Origin: Candidatus Falkowbacteria bacterium
Lineage (GTDB): Bacteria > Patescibacteriota > Patescibacteriia > Patescibacteriales > WJLG01
Direction: 5' to 3'
DNA length: 64,000 bases
Assembly (NCBI GenBank): GCA_963747695.1
Contig: CAVVFV010000010.1
Span: 389,618 to 453,617, forward strand
In this document: piece after piece, positions 18,460-27,286 of the stretch
Layout of the letters: every line of letters starts with the position of its first letter
Position numbering within the stretch: the first letter of the stretch is position 1
Translations under genes and position numbers: made by a program
Notes under the pieces: model-generated
What the model was told of the DNA's origin: nothing
Databases searched by the model: none
Seen by the model: the letters and a program-made list of their open reading frames with translations, nothing else

Positions 18460-20097
18460 TTATTTCGGCGGCGGATTCTTTTTAACTTTCGCCGGTTTTT
18501 TAGTTTGCTTGATCGCCGTCTTCTTGCCCGGCAATTCCGCTACTTCGGTTTTCTTCACGTATTCCAGCGGCAAGGTAAAATAGAAAGTCGAACCTTGACC
18601 GGATTCGCTGGTAACGCCGATATGGCCGCCCAGGAATTCAATATTTTGTTTACAGATGTAAAGGCCGAGCCCCATGCCTTCTTGGGAACGGGAAGCGGAA
18701 GGTTCGAGCTGGGAGAATTTCAGGAAAAGCATATCTTGGAGTTCCGGGGCGATGCCCTTGCCCTGATCGGTTATTTCCACCTTGACCGATTTATCGTCAG
18801 GCTTGGATAAGGCGATCGTGATCGTCTGGCCGGCTGCACCATATTTTACCGCATTGTCTACCAGATTGTAAATAACTTGGGAGATCCTTTCCCGGTCACT
18901 GGTTACCTGGACATTGGCGGCATTTATTTTGAATTCGATCTTCGAATCGTTCCGCTTAGCCAGTTCTTTCAGCGGAAGTTCCTGGGCTAAAATGAATTCG
19001 TCGAACTTGAAAGTATCTTGCGGTATTTTATTTTCGACGTTTTTGCTCCGTGTGGCGGTGAGTATTTGTTTGATCAGATTGGTAAGTTTGACCGCTTCCT
19101 CGTGAATTATATCGACGTAGCCTTGAAATTCCGTGGGCAGGGTGTCCTTTTTTTGTCCCATTATTTCGGACAAACCCATGATCGGGATCAACGGCGTTTT
19201 CAGCTCGTGAGTGACGATATTCATAAATTCATCTTTCATCGTATTGATCTCTTGCAATTGGCTGATCCTGGTTTCGCGGTCGACGACTATCCGCTTGGTC
19301 TTGATCAGCGCCTCATTGTATTCCCGCAACTGCTTGATGTTGTCTCGCAAGGCGTTGACCATGGTGCTGAAAGAGTTGGCTAAGCTGGCGACTTCATCAG
19401 TGCCAACCAGCAGGTCGGCTTCCACGGTGGCATTAAGATTCCCCTTCTCGATAATTTTGGCGAGCCGGGTGAGCTTGATCAGCGGTGAAATCAGCCGGCG
19501 GGAAAAATTGAACGAATACCAGATGCAGCCGAGCATCACCAGGATGAAGAGAGCGACGCCGACGATTTCGCTGATCAGCTGGTTGCGGGCGATATCAGCT
19601 TGTAATTTTTCGGTGGATTGGAGCTCGGTCAAAATTAGTGTAGCCGTATTTTGCTGGACAAATAAATTTTGATGATTTGCATCGTTATAATCGGTTGTCA
19701 CGTCGGTAAGATTTCCCTGGGAAACCGAATTGACCCCGCTGTCGCAGTAGCTTAAGACCGTATTGACCGTATTTTTCAGGCCAACAAAGGCGATTTGGCT
19801 GTCCGGGTTGGTAATTGTTGTATCCAGTTTGCCCAGGAGAGCGACCAGCGTAGCCCGGTTAGAGTTGTATTCATCCAGCCGTTCTTTGTAGTTAACGTAT
19901 TTTATCAAGTTGTTAAAAGACGAGATCAGGTTGGAAGTATCCTCGATGATCTGATATTCCGAGACCATATTTTCGGTAATGTCCTGATATTTTTTGATGG
20001 TCAAAAAGTGGATGGCCACGAAAAAAACTTCGGAAATGAACAGAACCGAAATGACGATCAAAAATGCCGTTAATATTTTATACTTGATGCTTTGCAT
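18460..20097 (-). CDS. sensor histidine kinase (two TM helices, extracytoplasmic helical domain, HAMP, HisKA, HATPase_c)
   Basis: 545 aa with H-box FMNIVTHELKTPL, N/G boxes (NLVDNAVKY, GMGLGLYICK) and a Lys/Pro-rich tail. Confidence 0.9.
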   Translation of the reverse strand: MQSIKYKILTAFLIVISVLFISEVFFVAIHFLTIKKYQDITENMVSEYQIIEDTSNLISSFNNLIKYVNYKERLDEYNSNRATLVALLGKLDTTITNPDSQIAFVGLKNTVNTVLSYCDSGVNSVSQGNLTDVTTDYNDANHQNLFVQQNTATLILTELQSTEKLQADIARNQLISEIVGVALFILVMLGCIWYSFNFSRRLISPLIKLTRLAKIIEKGNLNATVEADLLVGTDEVASLANSFSTMVNALRDNIKQLREYNEALIKTKRIVVDRETRISQLQEINTMKDEFMNIVTHELKTPLIPIMGLSEIMGQKKDTLPTEFQGYVDIIHEEAVKLTNLIKQILTATRSKNVENKIPQDTFKFDEFILAQELPLKELAKRNDSKIEFKINAANVQVTSDRERISQVIYNLVDNAVKYGAAGQTITIALSKPDDKSVKVEITDQGKGIAPELQDMLFLKFSQLEPSASRSQEGMGLGLYICKQNIEFLGGHIGVTSESGQGSTFYFTLPLEYVKKTEVAELPGKKTAIKQTKKPAKVKKNPPPK

Positions 20098-20115
20098 CGG
20101 GGCTTCTTTACAGAC

Positions 20116-21168
20116 CTATTGGGTCGCCGACGTCATATTATAGACCTCGCCGTAAGTATGATAATTATCTTTGATGACTGTGTCCATCATATTAGCTTTC
20201 GTCACCAAGGTCGGGGTGATCAGATAAGAAGGTACGTCGACTTTGCCGTTGTTAGTACTGCCGGTAGTCGCCGGCTGTTCACCCTCGGCCATTTCCATGG
20301 CAACTTCCGCTGCTTCATTGGCTTCCAGACTAATTGGTTTATAAACGGTGGATGTTTGTGTGCCGGCAATGATTCTTTGACAAGCGGAAAGTTCGGCATC
20401 CTGGCCGGAAACGGGCACCTTGCCATCGAGTTTTTTTTCATGCAAAGCTTGGATCACTCCGAAAGCGGTGCCATCATTCGCCGCGACTACGGCGTCTACC
20501 GTTTTTCCCGTATCCAGGTAGGCTTTGAGATTTTTATAAGCGATTACCGGATCCCAATCGGGAGTAAGCTCGTTTACCACCAGTTTGATATCGCCGCTCT
20601 GAATTTTGGGATTTAAAACGCTCATCGAACCTTGCTGGACCAGCAAGGCGTTGTTGTCCGTTGGCGCGCCGCCGATATAAGCGAAGTTCCCTTTATCCAC
20701 TACCGCTAAAACGCTGGAAGCTTCCAGTTCCCCCACTTTGACATTATCGAAAGAAACATAAAAATCAACGTTGCTGTTATTGATCAGGCGGTCATAGGCG
20801 ATAATTTTAACGCCCGCTTTATCAGCCTCGTCGACAGCCGGAGCGATGCCGGAGGAATCGGCCGCGACCACGACGATTACTTTTATTCCCTGGCTGATCA
20901 TGTTTTCAATCTGGGAAATCTGGGTGGGAACGTCATAATCCGTACTGGCCGCCGTAACCACTCCGCCCAGCTGCTGGACTTTTTGCGTGAATAAAGCCTG
21001 ATCGGTTTGCCATCTTTCTTCGCGAGTCGCACCCAAGGAAAAACCGATGACGGGAGGAAGAACTTTGACCTTAGCTTCATTTTTAGAACCGGTTAGTCTG
21101 ATGCTAAGATAGACAATGCCGGCGACCACCACGACGAGCAAGGCGACAACGATGATGATTTTTTTCAT
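20116..21168 (-). CDS. periplasmic sugar-binding protein (XylF/RbsB-type, type I PBP fold), membrane-anchored
   Basis: 350 aa with an N-terminal TM/signal. IGFSLGATREERWQTDQALF...IKVIVVVAADSSG...KIIAYDRLI is typical of D-xylose/ribose-binding proteins. It ends 18 nt before the kinase start. Confidence 0.75.
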   Translation of the reverse strand: MKKIIIVVALLVVVVAGIVYLSIRLTGSKNEAKVKVLPPVIGFSLGATREERWQTDQALFTQKVQQLGGVVTAASTDYDVPTQISQIENMISQGIKVIVVVAADSSGIAPAVDEADKAGVKIIAYDRLINNSNVDFYVSFDNVKVGELEASSVLAVVDKGNFAYIGGAPTDNNALLVQQGSMSVLNPKIQSGDIKLVVNELTPDWDPVIAYKNLKAYLDTGKTVDAVVAANDGTAFGVIQALHEKKLDGKVPVSGQDAELSACQRIIAGTQTSTVYKPISLEANEAAEVAMEMAEGEQPATTGSTNNGKVDVPSYLITPTLVTKANMMDTVIKDNYHTYGEVYNMTSATQ

Positions 21169-21349
21169 AAATTATAGCTAATTAAATAAAGATATTTCCC
21201 ATGAATATTCATAATTATACCACAGTTATTTGCTCTGTGCACGGCCGGATTGCGGGCTGAAAATAACCGGAAAAACAGGATAAATCGTTTGCTTTTTTCC
21301 AGCGGTTAATATAAGATTATTTTGAATTAACAGTCTTAATTTAGTCGGT

Positions 21350-22414
21350 ATGTCTTTATCGATCGGCATCGTCGGTTTGCCTAACGTCGGCAAATCCACT
21401 CTGTTTAATGCGATTACCAAAAAACAGGTGGCGGCGGAGAATTATCCTTTCTGCACCATCGATCCTAATGTCGGCGTCGTCAAGGTTCCTGACCGGCGGC
21501 TTTTGGCATTGGCGGAGATTTCCCATCCGGCCAAGATCATCAATACGACGATCGAATTTATCGACATCGCCGGATTGGTTAAAGGAGCCAACGAAGGCGA
21601 AGGCCTCGGCAATAAATTTTTATCGCACATCCGGGAGTGCGACGCGATCTGTGAAGTGGTGCGGGATTTTGAAAATTCCGACATCATCCACGTCGCCGGA
21701 AAGATCGCGCCCGATGAAGATCGGGTTACAATTGATACCGAACTGATACTCGCCGATTTGACCGTCGTGGAAAAACTTTACCGCAATGCCGAAAGCGGCG
21801 CTAAAAGCGGCAACAAGGATCAAATAAAATTGAAAGAATTATTCGGCAAAGTCAAAGCGGCCTTGGAAGCCGAACAGCCGATCCGTAAGTTTGAATTAGA
21901 CGAAGAGGAAAAAAAGATCGTCAAACAGAATTGTTTCCTGACGGCCAAGCCGATTATGTATGTCTTGAATATTTCCGACACGGAAACCGCCGTGGATTTG
22001 AACCAATGGCCGCAAAACACCATTAAATTAAATGTGAAATTGGAGCAGGAGATTGCCGCCTTGCCGGAAAACGAGCAGGCGGAGTATATTAAAGAACTGG
22101 GATTGAACGAAAGCGGTCTGGATAAATTAATCCGCGAGGCCTATCGGTTGCTCGGCTTGATAACTTTCTTCACTACCGGTCCAGATGAAACTCGCGCCTG
22201 GACCGTCCATAAGGGGGCGACAGCTCCTGTTGCTGCCGGCAAAATTCATTCTGACATCCAGGAAGGCTTTATTCGCGCCGAGGTTATCAGCTGGAAAGAA
22301 TTCGTCGCGATCGGTTCGGAAGTCAGCGCTCGCGAGAAGGGCTTAATCCGCACCGAAGGCAAGGAATATATCGTTCAAGACGGGGATATTTGTAATTTTT
22401 TACATAATAATTAA
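21350..22414 (+). CDS. ychF: ribosome-binding ATPase YchF
   Basis: 354 aa with IGIVGLPNVGKSTLFNAIT and a C-terminal TGS-like ...KEYIVQDGDI. Confidence 0.93.
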   Translation: MSLSIGIVGLPNVGKSTLFNAITKKQVAAENYPFCTIDPNVGVVKVPDRRLLALAEISHPAKIINTTIEFIDIAGLVKGANEGEGLGNKFLSHIRECDAICEVVRDFENSDIIHVAGKIAPDEDRVTIDTELILADLTVVEKLYRNAESGAKSGNKDQIKLKELFGKVKAALEAEQPIRKFELDEEEKKIVKQNCFLTAKPIMYVLNISDTETAVDLNQWPQNTIKLNVKLEQEIAALPENEQAEYIKELGLNESGLDKLIREAYRLLGLITFFTTGPDETRAWTVHKGATAPVAAGKIHSDIQEGFIRAEVISWKEFVAIGSEVSAREKGLIRTEGKEYIVQDGDICNFLHNN

Positions 22415-22454
22415 TCAAGATCTTTTCCTTAAATACTCAAAGAAAGGGTGAGAA

Positions 22455-22859
22455 ATGGAAACAACAATTCTGCTGCAGGAAGTTGTCGCCGATCTGGAAA
22501 CTTTGCCCGCCGATAATTTGAAGCCGCCCCCGATCCCCAAGCCGCCGAAGCGGAGTATCGCCAAAAATCTAGGCAAGGCGATCCCCGAATTACAGCGCCT
22601 TTATTCCCTGAACGAAACGTATCTAAACCGGATCGGATCATGGAAAACGGCGCTCGTCCTGGCCGGAGAAAATAAAACGATATTTTTGGCCGGGAAAAGG
22701 CAAACGGTGCAGAAGGTAGAAGCGGAGTTGCCTCGTTTGGAAGGCAAGCAGAAGATCGCCTTAGCTTCATTGGAAGTGCTAAGGGAAGGCCAATATCACG
22801 GAGACCAGGTAATGATTTGCGATGATTGGGATGTGATAGTCATGAAAAACGGGATTTGA
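22455..22859 (+). CDS. hypothetical protein
   Basis: 134-aa ORF with a weak RBS and a clean terminator downstream. No recognisable motif. Confidence 0.45.
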   Translation: METTILLQEVVADLETLPADNLKPPPIPKPPKRSIAKNLGKAIPELQRLYSLNETYLNRIGSWKTALVLAGENKTIFLAGKRQTVQKVEAELPRLEGKQKIALASLEVLREGQYHGDQVMICDDWDVIVMKNGI

Positions 22860-22895
22860 GAGAACGGGTAAAATTCAAAGACGGTCAAAAAATCA

Positions 22896-22928
22896 AGACG
22901 GTGGAGGTCACCGTCTTTTATTTTTTTC
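22896..22928 (+). terminator. intrinsic terminator
   Basis: AGACGGTG-gaggt-CACCGTCT followed by TTTTATTTTTTT. Confidence 0.75.
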
Positions 22929-23061
22929 AGAAAAATTATTTGCCGCAAAACTTTTTGGCGGCACGGCACTGATTGACTTAATAGAATAAAAAGAGTACTT
23001 TATCCGAATGACAGAGTTTGTAATTTTAAATGCTAAATAAACTTTCATCACGGAGGCGATA

Positions 23062-23481
23062 ATGGGCACCTTACAAAGGCTTTTGGCTGATCAGCGGCGG
23101 ATTCTCGCCCGCGGCTGGAAAAGAAAGCTTGACCATGGTTATTGTGGGGGAGCGGTGGAAAATATGGACCGCGGTACCTTTCGGATCGTGGGTCGAGTTC
23201 CGATCAAACTCCGGGCCATTTATTTACTCAGTTTTCTCTACGCAGAAAAATTGAGAGTTGCCAGACAGTCTCAGTCAGAAGAAAGAGAGATAGAGTTTTA
23301 TGCCTTAGAGCAGTCGGCTGAGTTTCTCTGGGGGAAGAAATATGGCGAGTATTGTCGAAAAATGAAGTTCGACGGGAAGTACATTGAATCGAAAGACAAA
23401 CGGTTTCTTTCCCGCGGCTATTTGGCGATTATGCATAACTGGTTAATAGTGGTGATAAGGCCGCCAGCGAAAAGAGGATAA
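23062..23481 (+). CDS. hypothetical protein
   Basis: 139-aa ORF with a GGAGG RBS 5 nt upstream. No recognisable motif. Confidence 0.45.
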   Translation: MGTLQRLLADQRRILARGWKRKLDHGYCGGAVENMDRGTFRIVGRVPIKLRAIYLLSFLYAEKLRVARQSQSEEREIEFYALEQSAEFLWGKKYGEYCRKMKFDGKYIESKDKRFLSRGYLAIMHNWLIVVIRPPAKRG

Positions 23482-23526
23482 GGCAATAGACACAAGTTCA
23501 CAAAAGCGATGGGAGTCCACCGCTTT

Positions 23527-24777
23527 TTATTTTTTTATTAAGACGACTATTTCCCGCCAGACTTTTTGACCGGGGCGGCCGTAGACGATGGTTCCCCGCC
23601 GGGTGGTGTGAAGAATTTCGCGCAAGTTTTCCGGCAGCGGATTGATTACTTGCCAACCGTCCAGATTGGGATTGAGAAAATGAAAATCCGGACGAGACCC
23701 CTCAGTGCGGACCGGAAAGATCATCACGACCCGGCCGTCCGGTTTCAAGATCTTTTTAAATTCCCGCAAAGCCGATGAATATAACTTTTCCAATTTGATC
23801 TTGGTTTTCACCGGATCAGGATTGCCTCTTTGCGGCCCGAGATATGGTTCAGTAACGACGGCATTAATGGAATTAAATTTTATTTTTTGCGAAATTTCGG
23901 TCGCGGAAATATTAAATAATTGGAAATTGGAAATTGGAAATTGGAAATTTGTTTTTAGCCACGCAATATTGTTCTTCGTATCAGAAATCGCTTTTTCGGA
24001 AATGTCGGAACCGATAATATTTTTTATTCCCATCAAGGCTGCTTCCATTAAGATCGTACCCGATCCGCAAAAGGGATCAAGCAGGCTTGGTAGGAACGCA
24101 ATATTTTGCGTTCTGTCCGGCGGGAACGCAAGGCATTGCGTTCCTACGGCGGGAATTTTTCTCGAAAGGTTTAACATGATCTGCGCCAGTTTTGGTGGGA
24201 TCATCCCGGAGGCATCGTCGCGCTCGGGCCGACCGAAATCGCGGAAGGATAATTCTTTGAACGGCTGCACCGCTTCGGTATAGCCTAAATGCATCGTGCC
24301 GCCATCCTCGATCAAGACGATCTCAATCCCCTGCCGGGTCAAGCCGTTCTGCTCGACCACGACGCTCGACAAGGTTTTTTCTTTGCTGGTCACCAGGCGG
24401 CAGCTTACTCCTTTTTGTTTGAGGATTTTTTTGATCGTCAGACCGATGGGAAAAACCGGCAATTTGCTCGCGCCGTAATGGGAAAGGCCGAAGCAGTATT
24501 TATTGGCCTCGGCGCGCTCGGCCAGATCGTCGTCGATTATCTTAAGAATCGCGGCCTTAATCCGATCATTATTATGGCGGTCGACATCCTCGGTAATAAC
24601 GCCGATCTTGATCGTTCCGCCCAGCCGTTTGATCAGTGCCGGAGAGTCCGTGGCCGGATTTTCCAACAGCAAAATATTGCCCGCTACCATGCGAGTTTCC
24701 GCCTCCGGTCGTAAGGCTGAGATTATTTCGGCGGCCGAAAGAGCCGGGTTAGTGCCTAGAACAAAAAAATATTTCAT
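23527..24777 (-). CDS. Trm11/UPF0020-like SAM-dependent (tRNA guanine-N2?) methyltransferase carrying two in-frame repeat insertions
   Basis: 416 aa with a THUMP-like N-terminal half, motif I LLDPFCGSGTILMEAAL and motif IV VVTEPYLG. Repeat-derived peptides are [21 protein letters not shown] and FQFPISNFQLFNI. Confidence 0.75.
   Translation of the reverse strand: MKYFFVLGTNPALSAAEIISALRPEAETRMVAGNILLLENPATDSPALIKRLGGTIKIGVITEDVDRHNNDRIKAAILKIIDDDLAERAEANKYCFGLSHYGASKLPVFPIGLTIKKILKQKGVSCRLVTSKEKTLSSVVVEQNGLTRQGIEIVLIEDGGTMHLGYTEAVQPFKELSFRDFGRPERDDASGMIPPKLAQIMLNLSRKIPAVGTQCLAFPPDRTQNIAFLPSLLDPFCGSGTILMEAALMGIKNIIGSDISEKAISDTKNNIAWLKTNFQFPISNFQLFNISATEISQKIKFNSINAVVTEPYLGPQRGNPDPVKTKIKLEKLYSSALREFKKILKPDGRVVMIFPVRTEGSRPDFHFLNPNLDGWQVINPLPENLREILHTTRRGTIVYGRPGQKVWREIVVLIKK
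23920..23950. repeat. tandem heptamer tract (TTGGAAA x4 plus partial) inside the methyltransferase CDS
   Basis: ttggaaattggaaattggaaattggaaattt, translated on the minus strand as ...FQFPISNFQLF... Confidence 0.85.
24090..24147. repeat. GTAGGAACGCAA double-hairpin palindrome, copy inside the methyltransferase CDS
   Basis: GTAGGAACGCAATATTTTGCGTTC-tgtccggcgg-GAACGCAAGGCATTGCGTTCCTAC. The left arm is identical to the 27214-27237 copy. Confidence 0.85.
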
Positions 24778-24882
24778 TTACTATATTATATAAGTAATTG
24801 TCAGTATATTCAAACGATCGCGTTTATAGTTTTGTTAAAAAAACTCCGCGCCGAAACGCAGAGTTATTCAGATCGTTAAGTC

Positions 24883-25254
24883 TTAAGAACTGATTATCTC
24901 CAAGGCGTTGGCAAAATTCTTTCCGTAATTTTCCGGTTCGCCTTTGTTGACCAGAAACAAGTTTTTCGCGAATCGTTTCACGTCTTTGTCCAATCTGCCC
25001 CAGAGGACCACGAATTTGACCTTCGAAAAGTTCATTGCCAAGATTCTGGCCCGGAAGACCATCGACCGGCTGATGAACATTACCGCGGAAATATCGCCGT
25101 TAACGATTTTGGTTTCCGCATCCACGGATGACTCAATCACTTCGTAATCGACTCTATTTTTCAAATAAGCAGCCAACTCGTCAATAAATGGACGGTAAAG
25201 AGCGGGATCAACATTATGATCGCTGACAACCTCGGTAACAATAAGCAGTTTCAT
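24883..25254 (-). CDS. hypothetical protein
   Basis: 123 aa with an AAAGGAG RBS and its own terminator (hairpin at about 24842-24870 followed by a U-run on the minus strand). Confidence 0.5.
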   Translation of the reverse strand: MKLLIVTEVVSDHNVDPALYRPFIDELAAYLKNRVDYEVIESSVDAETKIVNGDISAVMFISRSMVFRARILAMNFSKVKFVVLWGRLDKDVKRFAKNLFLVNKGEPENYGKNFANALEIISS

Positions 25255-25376
25255 TGGTTTCTCCTTTCGAAACGCTGAAAGTTTAACCTTATCTAATCAT
25301 AAGATGATTAATTTGTCAATGATGAAAAACGCCCCCGACTGGTGAATCGGAAGGCGAAGCGTGACTTATCGATAGA

Positions 25377-25565
25377 TTAGCAAGTTTGGCCGGTCTTGTT
25401 ATTCCTGGACTTTTTTTGGGGAGGCGTCCAGACTCGAATTCCTCCGGAATAATTACTGCAGATGATTGATTGAGGCTTGCGCTCATGACGGATCTCGTAA
25501 TTGATGTCAGCTCGGTTGAAGTTCAGTTCGCGGCGGTTCTTGTCGTCAAGCGGGCGCTGGCACAT
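25377..25565 (-). CDS. hypothetical small protein
   Basis: 62 aa from the ATG at 25565, preceded by a GAGGAG RBS. The tracked 107-aa version runs into the upstream terminator. Confidence 0.35.
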   Translation of the reverse strand: MCQRPLDDKNRRELNFNRADINYEIRHERKPQSIICSNYSGGIRVWTPPQKKSRNNKTGQTC

Positions 25566-25707
25566 GGCATCTCCTCGAAGTTTGGGTTGATGATCGGGCA
25601 AAGGGACAAAGGCATAATAATATACTGGCACAAAATTAATTTTTTGGCAAAAAATTAGCCCCGCCGATCTTGATGATCGTCGGGGCCATGAGTTAAACAT
25701 AGGGAGC

Positions 25708-26187
25708 TCAGGCGAAAGTGCAGTCGAGATGCCGCACGTTCTTTGGGTTCGGACTGCTGGTGACCCTGTCCATTTCCCTGAACAAGTTGTTCACCATCCT
25801 CCGGTAGCCTCTGTTATTCTTTCTCTGCTTTTTTTGGAGAAGGTAATCGCCGTAACAGAATGGCTGAGGGATCATTCCTTCGCGTTCCTTGTTCTCTTTG
25901 GCGAACCTTTCCGCGGCTTGCGGCGTCGGAACATCGTCGATGAATTCTCGGTTGTCGTGCCCGAGTATTCGTTTGTTGCTCCTGAAGAAAGAAGAAACCA
26001 CCTTGTCCCAGGGGCGGGAGCTGTCGGAGACTTCAAGGTTGATGTCACCGACTATCGTCGCACTATCGTCGTCGTCGACGGCGATTTCAGCACCGTCTCT
26101 GAAACAGATTCCGGCGTCGACATCAGCCGCGTTTTCGCGGCCATCGTCGAAAAAATTACCGGGACGCGGAGAATTGAGGGATTTCAT
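25708..26187 (-). CDS. hypothetical protein
   Basis: 159 aa from the ATG at 26187 (AAAGGAG RBS 7 nt upstream). A hairpin GCCCCGACGATC...GATCGGCGGGGC plus U-run follows. No recognisable domain. Confidence 0.5.
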   Translation of the reverse strand: MKSLNSPRPGNFFDDGRENAADVDAGICFRDGAEIAVDDDDSATIVGDINLEVSDSSRPWDKVVSSFFRSNKRILGHDNREFIDDVPTPQAAERFAKENKEREGMIPQPFCYGDYLLQKKQRKNNRGYRRMVNNLFREMDRVTSSPNPKNVRHLDCTFA

Positions 26188-26542
26188 GGCAGACTCCTTT
26201 TTGGTGTATGGGTTGAAAAATAGCAATCAGTTTTATATTAATATATTAGCATATTATGCGAGCTTTGTCAATATAAAAAGTAGTATTTAGCCAATAAAAT
26301 TGCTAATATTAAATAACAATTTTTCATTTATAATTTTTAATTTATAATTGATTAGGCCCTCTTGCTTTATTTCTCTGTTTCTGATAATCTTTAAACAACA
26401 AATAAAATATCGCCTTTTCCATAGTTCCGCCTTGAGTGGGACTGGTTGCGCCTCGGGCGTGATCATTGGCAACCAAAAAGAAATCTCTTGTTTGGCTGTC
26501 TTATGGATTCAAGGCAGACAAACAAGAGATTTTATTTATCAC

Positions 26543-26649
26543 ATAATCCGAACCTACGAAATACCCGAATACTACGAACATTTTATCGAACGCTTGTTCG
26601 GTTCGTAGATTTCGTAGTATTAGGATATAATTTGTAGTATTCGGATTAT
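26543..26649. repeat. ATTCGC/CGAATA palindrome family copy (upstream of rpsF)
   Basis: ATAATCCGAACCTACGAAATACCCGAATACTACGAAC...TTTGTAGTATTCGGATTAT. Ends 6 nt before the rpsF ATG. Confidence 0.8.
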
Positions 26650-26655
26650 ATTTTT

Positions 26656-27207
26656 ATGTCTAAGGTCAAAAAAATCGAAAACTCACATTACGAATTGCTT
26701 TTCATCATCCCGAATAAATTTACCGAGGATGAAGCCAAGGCGATCGATGCCAAAGTCAAGCAACAGATCGCCGCAGCCGGCGGTGAAGTTACTTATGCCG
26801 AAGATTGGGGGAAAAAGAAATTGGCCTATGAGATCGGCGGCTACAATCATGGCTATTATAAATTGGCCGAGTTTGATCTGGCCGGCGAAAAATTGGCCGA
26901 GTTGGATAATTCCTTGCGTTTATCTAATGATGTTTTGAGACACCAAATCATCAGAACGCCCAAGCGGACCCTGGAGCAAATCGCGGCTGACCGGAAAAAA
27001 TCGGAAGATTTGGCTGCGGCCAGGAAGCGTCTTAAGGAAGGTGGATCGGAAAAGAAAGAAGTGACCGAAGAAAAAACGGCCGGTCTGGTGGCAGAAGAAA
27101 AGAAAGCCCCAGCGGTGGAAGAACGTAAATCTTTCAAAAAGAAAACCGAATTGAAAGATTTGGATGCCAAGCTTGACGATATTCTGGACACCAAAGATTT
27201 GATTTAA
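26656..27207 (+). CDS. rpsF: 30S ribosomal protein S6 with Lys/Glu-rich C-terminal extension
   Basis: HYELLFIIPNKFTEDEA...WGKKKLAYEI...GYYKLAEF, in rpsF-ssb-rpsR order. Confidence 0.9.
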   Translation: MSKVKKIENSHYELLFIIPNKFTEDEAKAIDAKVKQQIAAAGGEVTYAEDWGKKKLAYEIGGYNHGYYKLAEFDLAGEKLAELDNSLRLSNDVLRHQIIRTPKRTLEQIAADRKKSEDLAAARKRLKEGGSEKKEVTEEKTAGLVAEEKKAPAVEERKSFKKKTELKDLDAKLDDILDTKDLI

Positions 27208-27212
27208 TAAAA

Positions 27213-27276
27213 CGTAGGAACGCAATATTTTGCGTTCAAATAACGCGCACCGAACGCAAAATATTGCGTTCCTACG
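27213..27276. repeat. GTAGGAACGCAA double-hairpin palindrome, intergenic copy (rpsF|ssb spacer)
   Basis: cGTAGGAACGCAATATTTTGCGTTC-aaataacgcgcacc-GAACGCAAAATATTGCGTTCCTACg. Confidence 0.85.
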
Positions 27277-27286
27277 CATCAATTAT

